Of a stretch of 64,000 nt of DNA, positions 24,501-36,634 are shown piece by piece; position 1 is the stretch's first letter; every line of letters begins with the position of its first letter. The notes under the pieces are model-generated. The model worked only from the letters and a program-made list of their open reading frames with translations, was not told the origin of the DNA and did no database searches. The stretch is from Cyanophora paradoxa CCMP329 (lineage: Eukaryota; Plantae; Glaucophyta). The translations under genes and the position numbers were made by a program. The DNA is taken from NCBI GenBank assembly GCA_004431415.1, contig QPMI01000056.1, forward strand, positions 485,517 to 549,516. The letters are read 5' to 3'.

Positions 24501-27500
24501 ATTATGATATCGACGGCATATATATACCCGGTCGAGATCACGGCATGCGCACATCTACAGCCGGCGCCGCGCCGCACCGATCGATATATCGCGAGTTTCT
24601 GTACATGTAACTGCGCATGCTTGCAATTGTGCGCAGCCGCACACGTGGTACCCTGCAGCGCGTGCAATGAATCGGATTGTCACGTTTCACTCAGGGTACG
24701 TATACGCAAAAATTAGACATACACGAAATGGAATTCGAAGTCGAAAGCTGCACCTTCAAGAGGGGTTCTGATGGCCATGGTCGCACTTCTCTCCGCGGCA
24801 GGGAGACGAACAGCGGGAAGACGCACGCGGCGCTACAGGCCCTCGCCGCAGCTCAGAGCGGCATCTACTGCGCCCCACTACGTCTCCTTGCCCGCGAGGT
24901 GCTGCACGCGCGGCTGCGCTCGCCAGCCCCGTGGGAGATTGCAATTGCAGCCCTCGGCCTAGCTATGGGACTCGGCTTGCTTGATCATAAAATAATTCAC
25001 CACTGTTTTGCTAGAAATAATTTAATTTTCCTCTGACCCTTTAGGAAAAGTACTAGTACTATAGCTAGTTGAATATCTTGATCATGATACATGGATATCG
25101 ATCTTGATCGATCAACTCCAGATCGTTTTGACAATCGATATCGTGCGTATAGGTGTATGAGGCGCTGAACGAGCGTGGCGTCCGATGCGATCTTCTTACG
25201 TGCGTATGTTCGATGAGTTCTTCTTATCAATGCCATGGCCAAGCTATACTCTGCGCCAGAAGAAATTTATTTATTCTGCGCGCAGCTGCAGAATAAATAA
25301 AACCTCACGTGCACAAAAAGAAAGAATGCACGTTGTACAAACTAGTCGCGGATCGGAGGGGCTAAAGTTAACATTAATATCAGAAATTGAATGCGCTACG
25401 AATCTCGATCAATATCATTTTCAGAGCTCGAGTATGGTTTCTAACTTTTAATTTGCATTAATATTCTCAGGGGTCAAGAGAGCTTGAGCTGGAAGATGGC
25501 TCCAGCGCGCGCACAAGCTCGAAAGAACGGCGATTTTGCTGACGAAAGCGACTGTGGCTCTCACGTGAGTGATCATTAGTATTGAACTCGCGTTTCTGAT
25601 GATGACAACGTCAACATTAACATGTGCGTGTGCAGGTGTCGTGCACTGTCGAGATGGCGAGCACAGATCAGCGGTACGACGTGGCCGTCATCGACGAGGT
25701 TCGCATTCATGCATGCGCTCTAGATCTATTACTGAATAGTAATGATCAAGATTCCGAATTCTAGAAATTAAATTGCTTTTATTGCCAGTTGAAACTGCCG
25801 CCAGATCCAGATGATCGGGGACCCCTCCCGCGGCGACGCATGGACGCGAGCCCTGCAGGGGCTTCTCGCCCCCGCCGTGCACGTCTGCGGGAGTCCCTGC
25901 GTGGAGGAGCTGGTCCGGAGGCTGTGCGCGCTGCAGGGCGACAGGCTTGAGGTGCTTCGGTACAATCGGCATCTCGAGCTGCGCTGCGAGACGACGCCCG
26001 TCACCTCGTGGGCTTCTCTGAGGCGCGGCGACTGCGTTGTCGGTTCGGAAATATCGTTTATATGTCTTTTTGCGTCGCAGATCTAGAGCGCCGGCTCTTA
26101 AGCTCACAATATATATTAATATTAATGCTGATACGTTGACGTTGCGTTAACGTTTAATAAATTAAAACGCCCTGCAGCGTTTTCGCGAAAGGATGTGTAC
26201 GATATCAAGCGGGAGATCGAGAACACGACCAGCTACAAGTGCTGCGTCGTTTACGGTGGTCTACCGCCCGAGACCGTGCGCGAAAATGATTGATCGTTCG
26301 AATATCAAGCATTAGTATAGGTTTTGAGAGACGGCATCGATATCGCAGCGTGTGGAGCAGGCGAAGCTGTTCAACCGACACTCAGATTCAGATGGCGGAA
26401 GCCATGCCATACTTGTCGCGACTGATGCCATTGGAATGGGTCTCAATCTGTCAGCACCTTAAGCTTTGCATGTGTTATGAACTCATAGATTTAGATGTAG
26501 ATGCCTATATATAATTATATATAGAATCCAGGATCCCTGCAGCTTGGGCCACCGATCGCGAGCCGAAACTGAAATTTGCGCAACGTTAACGACAAACTAA
26601 AACAAAACACGCGCAGGAACATTGGACGGATCGTTTTCTCGGACGTTCAAAAGTTTGACGGCAACACGACGCGGGCCCTCACCGGGCTGGAGGTGAAGCA
26701 GATAGCGGGGCGCGCGGGCCGATTCGGCGGGCGCTTCGAGGCGGGCTTCGTGTCGGCCAGGACCAGGGCGGACCTCGAGGAGGTGCGCACCAAGCTCCAG
26801 AAGCCCACGGCGATCGTCAAGGTGCGTATCTCGCGATCGAAGCGGGACCCTTGCCGCAATGCGCTATATTAAATCACACCTGGCCAACATTGATTTAATT
26901 TCAATCAACATCTCCTACCCCGACACGATTCTCCGGATTCCTCACTTAAGCTTGCGCATTCACGACCACGCGACGTGTACATGTACATGTTACAGGCGGC
27001 GGGGCTCTTCCCCTCCTTCGACCGGGTGAGAATATTCGCGGACGCAATGGAGCACGGGGCCTCTTTACACGCCATTTTGGTTCGCCACTCCCTTGCGCAT
27101 GCTCGGTCCTGCGGCACCGTAGCCCCCTGAATTCATATTTCTTCTCAAGCAAGCTTGTGCAGAAAGAGTTCACGAAAGTCGTCGACAACCGGCACCGGCA
27201 CGGGATTGATGAACAGCTCTATTTCCTTCGCAACATCAAAGACATGCTCGTGCGCCCGCGTCAAAATTATAAATGTGTCTAGCATGGATATCGTTTCAAC
27301 GTTAACGCGTCGATTTTTTGACCGCGGCCCGGCCTTAAGCTTCGAATTACATATTCGAGCTCGAATGCGCAGCGGGTAGCGGAGATTGTGGAGTCCAGAC
27401 CGGTCCCGCAGCTGAGCCTGCGCGACCGCTACACGCTCAGCACATCTCCGGCGCGGCTCGACAATCGCAAAGTCACCGAATGCCAACGCCTTCTCGTGCG

Positions 27501-28366
27501 TGAACATAAATTATATATAGTTGCAATGCACTGCGCAGCTGATCATCATTGCAATCGACATATATATATATATATACCACGAATCGCATCTACGTATACT
27601 TGCATGTGCTTATAAATTTTAAAACTTGAATATTGATCGAAGGCGAATGCAGGAGCAAGTGGCGATCGACCTGGGGCGAGGAGTGCAAGTGATTCGCCTG
27701 CCCGCCAAGCTCCACAGAGGGAATCTGTATCTGGCGCAGAGCTCGAGCGGAGCCTGCAGCCAAGAGGACATCAAGATTCTCGAGGGTGTTTTCTGCCCCA
27801 TGGCCAGCCGATGCGCGTAATTATAACCTAGGCCTACCGTAGTATATGTACAGCTGCAGCTGGCGCATGTGCACTGACTTTTCGAGCCTGCGCGCGCAGA
27901 GGAAATATCGGCGATCCAACTGTACCTCTGGCTCGCGTGAGCGCCCAAACCGGCTCTAGATCTAGATCTAAAAGCGCTTGCAGCTTCAGCTTGCTCAGAT
28001 CAATTTTAAGATCTAGAGTGATCTTAAAACATGCATATGTACATGTGCATATGCATGCGCAGGCACCAGATGCGGGGGCGGGCGAGTTTCCCAGACGTGG
28101 AGGAGGCGGCGGCAGGGCAGGAGAGAATCGGGGCGCTGCTGCACGGGGCTCTCCAGAAGCGGGTGACTTCGAGCAACGCGTACATGTACAGCGGCGGCAG
28201 GGGCTATAGCTACCGGCCCCGGGACGCGTTCGGCGACTTCTTCCGCGGATTCCGGTACACGCACGACCGGTACGAGTACGGCAGCGACGCCGACGAGGGC
28301 GAGGACGAGTACGACAGCGACGACATCGGCAGCGACGCGTACGAGTACGACAGCGACTGCGAGTAG
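21551..28366 (+). CDS. SUV3-family (SUPV3L1-like) SF2 helicase with an N-terminal F-box-like + CxxC/CxxC extension, about 20 exons; the 5' end may extend to ATG 21192
   Basis: Spliced by eye: TDLRQ|PHTWYPAARAMNRIVTFHSG|ETNSGKT, GIYCAPLRLLARE, CTVEM..VAVIDE|IQMIGDPSRGDAWTRAL, GDCVVAFSRKD, VYGGLPPET, LVATDAIGMGLNLNI.RIVF, KQIAGRAGRFG, AGLFP, LYLWL; acidic tail ends TAG at 28366. Upstream exons join in frame. Confidence 0.88.
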
Positions 28367-29057
28367 GAGTATATATATATATATATATATACGTATGAGT
28401 ATACGTATCGATGTCCGATTGCGAATTCTAATCAATCAATATTGCGATTGCAAATTTATTTAAAACAGTTTTCCCGGTACGCGTACGATAGCGCCTGCGC
28501 ATGCCTGTACATGTATATATTTGCCTAGAAGCTGCACATGGTACATTCGAATTCGAAGCGCGTGTCGATCCGACTCGGCTTCGAATTTGACGATATGCAA
28601 TGCATTGGCGGGCCGCGCTGGCCATGGCCATGGGACAGTCCATGGGGCTATCACCTGCATCCGAATTCCAACGACTACGGAGGCCGCCGGGCTAGCACTA
28701 TAGCACTAGCGTGGCATGCGCAGCATGGCCGACCTAGATATGGATGGACGTCTAACCGCAAAAAGCGTCGACGTCTGCCGTCATGCGGCAAATTATATTA
28801 AATACATGTTCAGGTTCGTGGCTATATATATATGAGAGAGGGAGGGCGGATCGGAGGGGGACAAGGGAGGGGTAAATATAAACGAAAATTAAGCTACCTT
28901 CACAGCAATTTCGACGACAGCGACATCGACGATTCTCCCGGCCTTGGGCACTTGTGCTTTCCAGTAATGGAATTCGCGAAAGATAAACAGCCATTGATGA
29001 CACTCCTACGATCACAAACACTTCTGCAAGGGCGGGCGCCCCGCCAACAGCGCGCTC

Positions 29058-32000
29058 CTACCCCACGGGCGGCCTGTGCAACGCGCTGCTTGCTGTTTCT
29101 CCGCCGTCGCCGCCGCCAAGTTGGCTGGCAACCGGATCCGTTGCCCGTGCGAGCGCGCGGATCTCATTGGCACCCTCCACCTTGACGCCGGGGTACCGCT
29201 CCAGCACGGCCGCCAGCGCCCGCGCCGCCTCCTCGCGCTCGCCCTGCGTTCGCCAGCCGACAACTCGCCCGCACATGACGTCCTGTTCAAATGCGTCGGA
29301 GGGAATCCACGGAAGTGCGCATCTAGTCAAGGGAGCACAATCGCGAACCCAGAAGCGGTCATCGAGCTCCTCCTTGGGCGGCAGCCTCGGGTCTCGCAGC
29401 AGCTCGTCCACCCGCCGCACCGCCTCCGCCAAGCGCCCCTGATTGAAGTACCCCTGAGCCAGAGTCGTCAGGACCTGCTGCTCCGAGCCCGACAGAGGCG
29501 GGCACAGACCTTGGAGGTCGTGCGGAGCTTCAGCTCCGCCAGCATCTCTCGCATCGTCTCAAAGGCCAGGTCGACCTCGCCGCAGAGCGAGAGCGCCTGT
29601 GTGCACGCGGTGCAACAATCAGACGACTGGACTTGTGAGGTGCAGCACTAGTTCTTGATCAACGGCGACGCCATTGCACCTCAACGATGCTGCAGACGAC
29701 GTTTGCATTGACGTTGCGCAGCCCGCCGTGCTTTCCGTCTCGCAGAGCCTGCAAAAGGTCGTAGATCTTCGAGAGGCCCTCCCGCCCTCCCAGTCGCCCG
29801 TAGGAGTCTGATCGATTGCATGTGATTGAACGTATTGCAGTTGCATGCGGAGAAAACTGCGAACCAAAAATGCACGAAAACGCTTGAGCATCTAAATGAA
29901 TATCCCCATTTGCCGATGTATTAAGAAGCCTTCCGGCGATCTCCTGTGCCTCGTCGTGCTTCTCTAAGTTGCTGAACGCCTACGAAAGAGGGAAAGGAGA
30001 GGGAAAGGAGATGCGTCAACATCAAACCCACGAAGGTGAATGCAAGGCTGATGCATCCAAGACCTAGAAACGATGATCATGAGCACCTGTATGAGCGTGC
30101 AGGACAATATGGCATCTCGAAAAACGACATATGCGTCCTCCCGCACAATCTCATGCACATGCACAAGCATGTGTTGAAGATGAAAACCTGTAATGTCTCC
30201 GCCCTTCGCCGTCGCTACGAAAGAAGAAGAAATATGTAGTTCAGACCAAGCAACCAAGGAAGCTTCAAGATGTAAACCGAACCGATGGGTTTGAGAAGGG
30301 CGCTGAGGACGCCGGACGTGTCGTGTGCCGCCTGCCGCGCCATCTGAAGCCACTCCAAAGCGTGCTCCCACTGTCTCTCGGCCGCAAAGTGGTGTACCTT
30401 TTTTTTTTCAAAAAGCCCGCCCGGGCAATGTTCGTATTAAAAGGACAACAATTACCGCCCCGTCGCGCAATGTCCGACTGGGGGGGCACCGTCCGACTGC
30501 TCTACCTGCTCTGCGGCATAGAGGGGAGACGTCGTGCTACCCTGCCCTAGCTAGCTGCGAGCTATTATGAGGGAGCGGTGTGGAGTCGAGTCGGTCCTTG
30601 GCCCTGCAAGAGGGGGGGGGGGGGGGGGGGGGGAAGGCTCTGTTTGCCCTAGCTAGGAGCTATCTGTCGGAGTCTTGGCCCTGGGGGAGGGGGGGGGAGG
30701 GGAGGCGGGGCGCACGGGGCGTGGGGGGTGGCGGGGGCGGAGCGGAGGGAGGGGAAGGGGCGGGAGCGGGTGCACAGCGGGGTGGGGGGCGGCGGGGGCG
30801 GGCGCTGGAGGGCGGCCAGGGCGGGGCGCTGGAGCCGGAGGGCGGGGCGGGGCGCTGGAGGCGGAGGGCGGGGCGGGGCGCTGGAGCCGGAGGGCGGGGG
30901 CGGGTGCTGGAGCCGGAGGCAGGGCGGGGCGCTGGAGCCGGAGGCGGGGCGGGCGCTGGAGCTGGAGGGGGGCGGCGTGAGCCGGAGGCGGGGGGCGCTG
31001 GAGCGGAGGCGGGGCGGGCGCTGGAGCGGAGGGCGGGGCGGGCGCTGGAGCCGGAGGGCGGGGCGGGGCGCTGGAGCCGGAGGGCGGGGGCGGGGCGCTG
31101 GAGCCGGAGGGCGGGGGCGGGGCGCTGGAGCCGGAGGGCGGGGGCGGGGCGCTGGAGCCGGAGGGCGGGGCGGGGCGCTGGAGCCGGGGCAGGGGCGGGG
31201 CGCTGGAGCCGGAGGGCGGGGCGGGGCGCTGGAGCCGGAGGCGGGGCGGGGCGCTGAATCCGGAGGGCGGGGCGGGGCGCTGGAGCCGGAGGGCGGGGCG
31301 GGGCGCTGGAGCCGGAGGGCGGGGGCGGGGCGCTGGAGCCGGAGGGCGGGGGCGGGGCGCTGGAGCCGGAGGGCGGGGGCGGGGCGCTGGAGCCGGAGGG
31401 CGGGGCGGGGCGCTGGAGCCGGAGGGCGGGGGCGGGGCGCTGGAGCCGGAGGGCGGGGCGGGGCGCTGGAGCCGGAGGCGGGGCGGGGTGCTGGAGCCGG
31501 AGGGCGGGGCGGGGCGCTGGAGCCGGGGGCGGGGCGGGCGCTGGCGCCGGCGTCAGGGGCCGGCTTGGAGGCCGGGTCCGGGCGAGCCTCGTCTGGCTCT
31601 GGGGGGGGGACCGAGCGTACACGTCTCTGTACCGACCTCGGGGAGGAGGAGTCCGGGTGGGCGCCCTTTGGGCCCAGGCCGGGGGAGAGGGGGCGGGGGC
31701 GTGGGCCCGCGGGGCCTGGGCTCTGGGCGGGGGAGGGACCGGCGCGGGGCGCTAGGGAGTACTAGTTGGGCGTGGGCGCACCCCGCCGTAGTTGTACATC
31801 GGACGGCGCCGACGGCCCCGTCGCGCGGCGAGCTCGAGGCGGAGGAGAGAGGTCAAGATGCAGGTCGAGATCTGCAGGCGCGCGAGCACGTTCTGTAAGG
31901 ATGGGGCGGCGCGCGCGGCGCCTGCAGCATGACGGCGGCATTCGAGGGACAGTACTAGTGGCGGCGGCGCGCGACGTCGACGGTGGGTGCGTCATCTTAG

Positions 32001-34212
32001 AGAGCTGGCGGTCATCGGGCATCGGCTATGCGGCGGGCGGCGTGTGGGTGGCCGGGCGGCGATGGCGGGAGCTCGGGCGTAGTCGAGGCGGTCGCTCGCA
32101 CGCTTTATATTAGGACTGCGACGTTATACGGAAGATCTAGAGTGGCAGCGCGCTATCCGTATGTCCCGCGCGGGGCGCGGGCAAGGTCCTTGAGATTCAA
32201 AAAGCGTCGGCGTCATGGCGAGGTCGGCGGGGCTCCACGTCGCTCCGGGGGCGGGCTGTCGGCTTCGGCAGTGATGCTGGACGGTAATGTGCCCGCGTCG
32301 GCTGTCGGCTCGCGCCCGGCTGGGCTGGCTAGCGTTGTCGGTCTACGGGGGTCGGGTGGAGCTGGCGCGCGACTTTCCGAGCAGCTTGACACGCGGCGTT
32401 ATCAGGCACCCACGGGTGGGAAGCCTGGCCCGCCGCGCTGCCGTAATCGTCGCGCCGCCGCAAATTTTGCGTACCCCACGTCCTCGCAAAGTGGTGTACC
32501 TATAGACGGGCTGCAAATTGCCTGCTGTGGCTTCCAAATCCGCAGTGTTCATCATGACCACGCACGACGGTGGTGAAGGTGATGTGGTTGAAGTCGAAGC
32601 CAGCGCGCTGCATCCCCCCTCGCAGCAGCCGCGCCACGGCGTCCGCATCCAGTGAGAGCCCGGCTTCGGCCAGCTTCGGCCAAAGCTCGCTGACGGCCTC
32701 CTTGGGGCACGCGAGGCACATGTACAGCTTCAGGTATGTATCTGCGAAACGTAAGGCTCGCCCCTTGTGAGGTGTGGCGCATGCGGAACGAAAGTCGAGG
32801 TCAGCAGGGAACGCACTCCAAGTTATAAGCTTAAAAAGATAACATCGGACGCCTAGCTTCGGCATCGATATCAGCTCCCAGAAGCGCTGGCCGCGATGCC
32901 AGTCGCGGTGGTCCGCACAGGCACTCAGCAGAGCACTGAAGAATGAGTCCGTGATGAGCATGCCAGCTGCACTGCATCGCTGCACGAGAGCGATTGCTTC
33001 GTCGAATCGCCCGAAGCGTGCGTACAGCTGGACCTGGCACATGCACAGAAGTGAGCGGCCGAAGGTTGACATGCATATGTGGGCGCAAGTTGCGACGAAA
33101 TTTCGAAACCAGAAGATAGAACGAACGAACCAGACGCTGCACAGTGCGAGCGTGCACCCGGTGAGTCTGCAGGGCGTCCTTGACGAGCTTTTCTGCCAGC
33201 GAGACAAACTCTGATCGAACCGCGGCCTGGCTGCAACCGTACGAGTTGTAAGGGCAGAGGCTTGCCCTCAAGAGGATGGAAGCAGCGAAGGCTCACCAGT
33301 ACTCTCCCATGGCGATGTCTCGGCACGCAGTGATCGCGGCGCTGTACAAGCTTGCATCCATGCGCCCCTCGAACACGGCTAGCATGCTCTGCACCAGGGC
33401 CCACGCGTCGTTGAAGCGTTTTGCACCCAGGTAGCCATCGACTGTGCGAGGTTTAGTGTCGAACAAGGAAAGCTATCCTCGAGCTCGGTTGAACGCACTC
33501 ATTGCCGTGTAATGAAAGCCGTTCAGCAACGGGAGCCCCGGCTCCTGCGACTCCGCCCGGGTGAAGTACTCGCGAGCGGCGTCCACCCGCCCCGCGTTGA
33601 TGAGGCCATTCAGTAGGTCCGTCAGCAGGCTGCCCGTCGCGGCGCCGGCCTTGACTGCTGTTTCGAACAACTGCTTCGCGTCGTCCGGCCACTGGAGAAG
33701 GAAAGAGACCCTTGACCGTCTTCGGAGAAGTCTGCTCGCGATCGAAGCGCCCGCGCTCCTGCTTAAGCTCCTTGACTGTCTTCGATGATCGCGAAGGCTT
33801 CAGCTGCGTGCGCTCCGGCGCTCCGCCTCCCGAGCCGCCTGCCGGCGGCGCGCTCCTACCCCGCCGCATGCGCGCCGGGCTGCCTGCTGTCTCCCCATCT
33901 CGATCTCCGCCATCGCCGTCGCCGAATCTGTTGCAAGTGGCGTCGGTCTCCTCGACATCATTTACAGCTGCAGCTGCAGCTGGTGCCGGCCTCCGGATCC
34001 ACGAACGCGTCCGCTGCAGCTGGCGCCCCCGCCCGTCCAGGCTCGGAAGCTTCGCTTCGTCGTCACGGCTAGAGCTCGCTCCGCCGTCCAGTTCTCTCTG
34101 AGGCTGGCCTTTCTTTGCGCGAATCTTGCGGACGTCAACGTGTGGGTACCGCGAGGCTGACGGCGCCTGACGCGAGCTCGAAGCTCGCGAGGGAGGCGCT
34201 ATCGCTGCGCAT
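29058..34212 (-). CDS. Pentatricopeptide-repeat (PPR) protein, multi-exon, interrupted by a retroposon at 30383-32501
   Basis: PPR-like units: LLTDLLNGLINAGRVDAAREYF, VQLYARFGRFDEAIALV, FFSALLSACADHRDW, ITFTTV|VHHFAAERQWEHALEWL, SCTLIQ|AFSNLEKHDEA, FSCIFDSYGRLG, CSIVE|ALSLCGEVDLAFETM, LTTLAQGYFNQGRLAEAV. Both ends approximate. Confidence 0.82.
30383..32501 (-). mobile_element. Non-autonomous poly(A) retroposon (~2.1 kb) with internal VNTR and 17-bp TSD
   Basis: cgcaaagtggtgtacct at 30383-30399 and 32485-32501. A T10 run (minus-strand poly A) abuts the left copy. No RT ORF. Removing the insert restores a PPR exon. Confidence 0.85.
30795..31548. repeat. 22-24-bp GC-rich VNTR (ggcgctggagccggagggcggggcg(g)g) x ~30
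   Basis: Read directly; explains the spurious Pro/Ala and Gly/Arg ORFs here. Confidence 0.95.
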
Positions 34213-36634
34213 GCTCCTGAAGGGTCGCTGTTGATAGGCTGGAGCTGCAGCTGGCGTCAAGGCGATCCCCAGAGAGCCATGGGCAATCCGACAATGAAGG
34301 GGACGTGGCCATATGCATGGCCATTGCGGTCGCAGCCGCATAGGCAGCTGCAGACCGCGCAAATCGTCCTGCTCCGACGCGGCATCCGAGAGGAGCTTAT
34401 AGCTCAAGCTGAAGCCGCGGGCGTGTGAGCTCGAGCATGCAATGCAAATGCCCCCGCGCGCGGCCGCGGCCGCCGCATGCATATGCAGCTGCAGCTGGAG
34501 CGCGGCCGCGGCCGCGGCAGGCCACAAGCACGCATCCTGATGAATGGCGGGCCGCGAGGATCATCGCGAACTCGAGGCTGCGGTGCACGCTAGGAGATTT
34601 CGATCTGCGGCCGACCGGTCAAGCGGCGCGGATGGTTGTGACGATAAACGCGCTTCTCACCGCGCCTGCAGCTGACTCCATGCGCGCGTGCGCCTTGAAC
34701 AGGATCAAGCAGTCTGACCAAGGTGCGCCTTCCTGTGTGCAGTGTGTAGCCGCTAGAAGCGCTAGCGCAGCTGCCCAGCTGATCACGATGAGGAGGTTGA
34801 GCGATTTCGCATTCGGAGGGCCGGGCCGGGATCGGAAGGCTAGGGTCACATGTACCCGGCGAAATCCTGGCCCTGTACCCCAATGCATGCCCGTGACACC
34901 CGCGGCCGTGTGCCGGCATGCGCAGCGCTAGCTGCAGTACTAGTACTAGTGATATCGATCATCGGATATCAATAGATCGATATATATATATATATTGCGA
35001 TCGATCATAATCTTGAGCTCGCCGGCCGCGCGCGCGCATCATGAGCATGATCAGCAGGCGCACGTATACGTATACGTACTATACGTATATATACGGTATA
35101 CTTATACGTATAGCAGGCGCACTACGGTATATTGGGGAAGGGTAAAACACTTCCCCTGTCCCTCTCCTTTGGGCCCAACCCTACCCCAAATCGCGTTTCC
35201 CCGACCTCCTCAAAACCCGGGCCGCGCGGTACACCCTGAAAGCCCATCTCCAGGGGACCCCGAAACCGTGTCTCCCGGTCCCGTCCGACCAAAGGGTGAT
35301 CCAGGAACAGGCACCAACACCCGGGACAAAAATGGGTCCAGCGACGCACAGGGAGCAGATATACGGGCCAGACCAGTTCGAGGTCAATGCTTGCATCATG
35401 CTTGACATTCCGTTCTGCAGGAACGAGGCCGGGCACGAGCGCGGTCGCGAGGGAGGACGCCGCGCGCGCTAGCCAATCACATTGGAGAGTGCGAACTTAC
35501 CCTGAGAAACCTCTTAAAGTACCCCCCGGCCGCTTTCTCCCCCGGGCGCCGCAGCTCGGCTCGGCTCAACAATGGTTACGCCTCTCGCGCGCGCGGCAGT
35601 TTGCTGTGGCTCAGCGGCTAGCCGCGCCAACCGCGCACGCCCCGACGCAATTGCACAAGACGGCCGCAAGCCGGCCGCACTTGACCGGCTATGCCACTTG
35701 CAACGAGCCGACGCCCGCGCGGCGCGCGCGCCGCGCGACGAAGAGCCCCCGCGCGCGCGCGACGCAGACCCCCCGCGCGCGCGCGATGCGCATGCTTGCT
35801 GCAGCCGCTGATCATGAGCTGGCCCGCTGCGCAAGCGCCCTTACGGACCCTCCGGCCGCTTTCTGAGCGAAGCGTGAGCTTGAGCAGCGTCCCCGCGCCC
35901 GCGCCCAGATCGCGCGGAGGCCTAGGCGCCGGCCGCGCCAGCCCCTAGGCCTAGGCCTAGGCGCCGCGCGCCTCCGCGCCACGCCGTGACGCACCCGCAG
36001 CACATGCGCACTCGTGCACCCGCCACGCCTCACGCGCGCGGCGACCGCGCGCGGGGCATGCGCAGGAGGTCGAGCACGTCCATACAAGGTTCAATCTGCG
36101 AGCCATCCCCCGCCCCCGGGGCCCGCGCCCTATATAGCTAGGCCCTGAGGCCTACCTACCTCTAGAGGACAGCTCGCCTCGATCGCGAGGACAGCTCGCC
36201 TGGCATGGCCAGCCTCGGAGCCGGCCCGGCGGCTCGCCCGCCCACGTGCACCGCGCGCCTTCTTAAGCTTAAGCTTATGCTAAGTCCCTGCTCTCTGCAT
36301 CTAGATCTTCGGATACGCCGCGGTTATAAAAAATTACATGCCCTTCCCCGGACCCAACTGACGCGCGCGGCAAGTCAGTGGCCCTTTTATATACGTATAT
36401 ATATATATATACGCGTACGCACGCGTGCGGCCGGCGGCCGCCGGGCGCCGCGGCGCCGTTATGAAATACAGCTGCAGATCGCGACTCGAGCTTTAATTAC
36501 TCAGTGACTAGCTATAGTTAACTATGTTTCGATATATCGTAATAAGCTTGCGAGTCGAGAAGTTGCGACGATGCTAACGTTACTTAACATGAGTTCAGCA
36601 GCGCGAGCGCTAGCTTGGCTGCGGCCTGATCGAT

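Noticed and set aside
20400-28830. Cloning-vector polylinker contamination as the source of the restriction-site-like words
   Set aside because: The palindromes are interleaved with in-frame exons over many kb and recur in several separate domains, with no vector features.
30580-31765. Long Pro/Ala and Gly/Arg ORFs (extensin-like)
   Set aside because: They come from the VNTR inside the retroposon and are open on both strands because of composition.
35120-35135. CACTA-like terminus (cactacgg)
   Set aside because: I found no matching inverted terminus or 3-bp TSD in the window.
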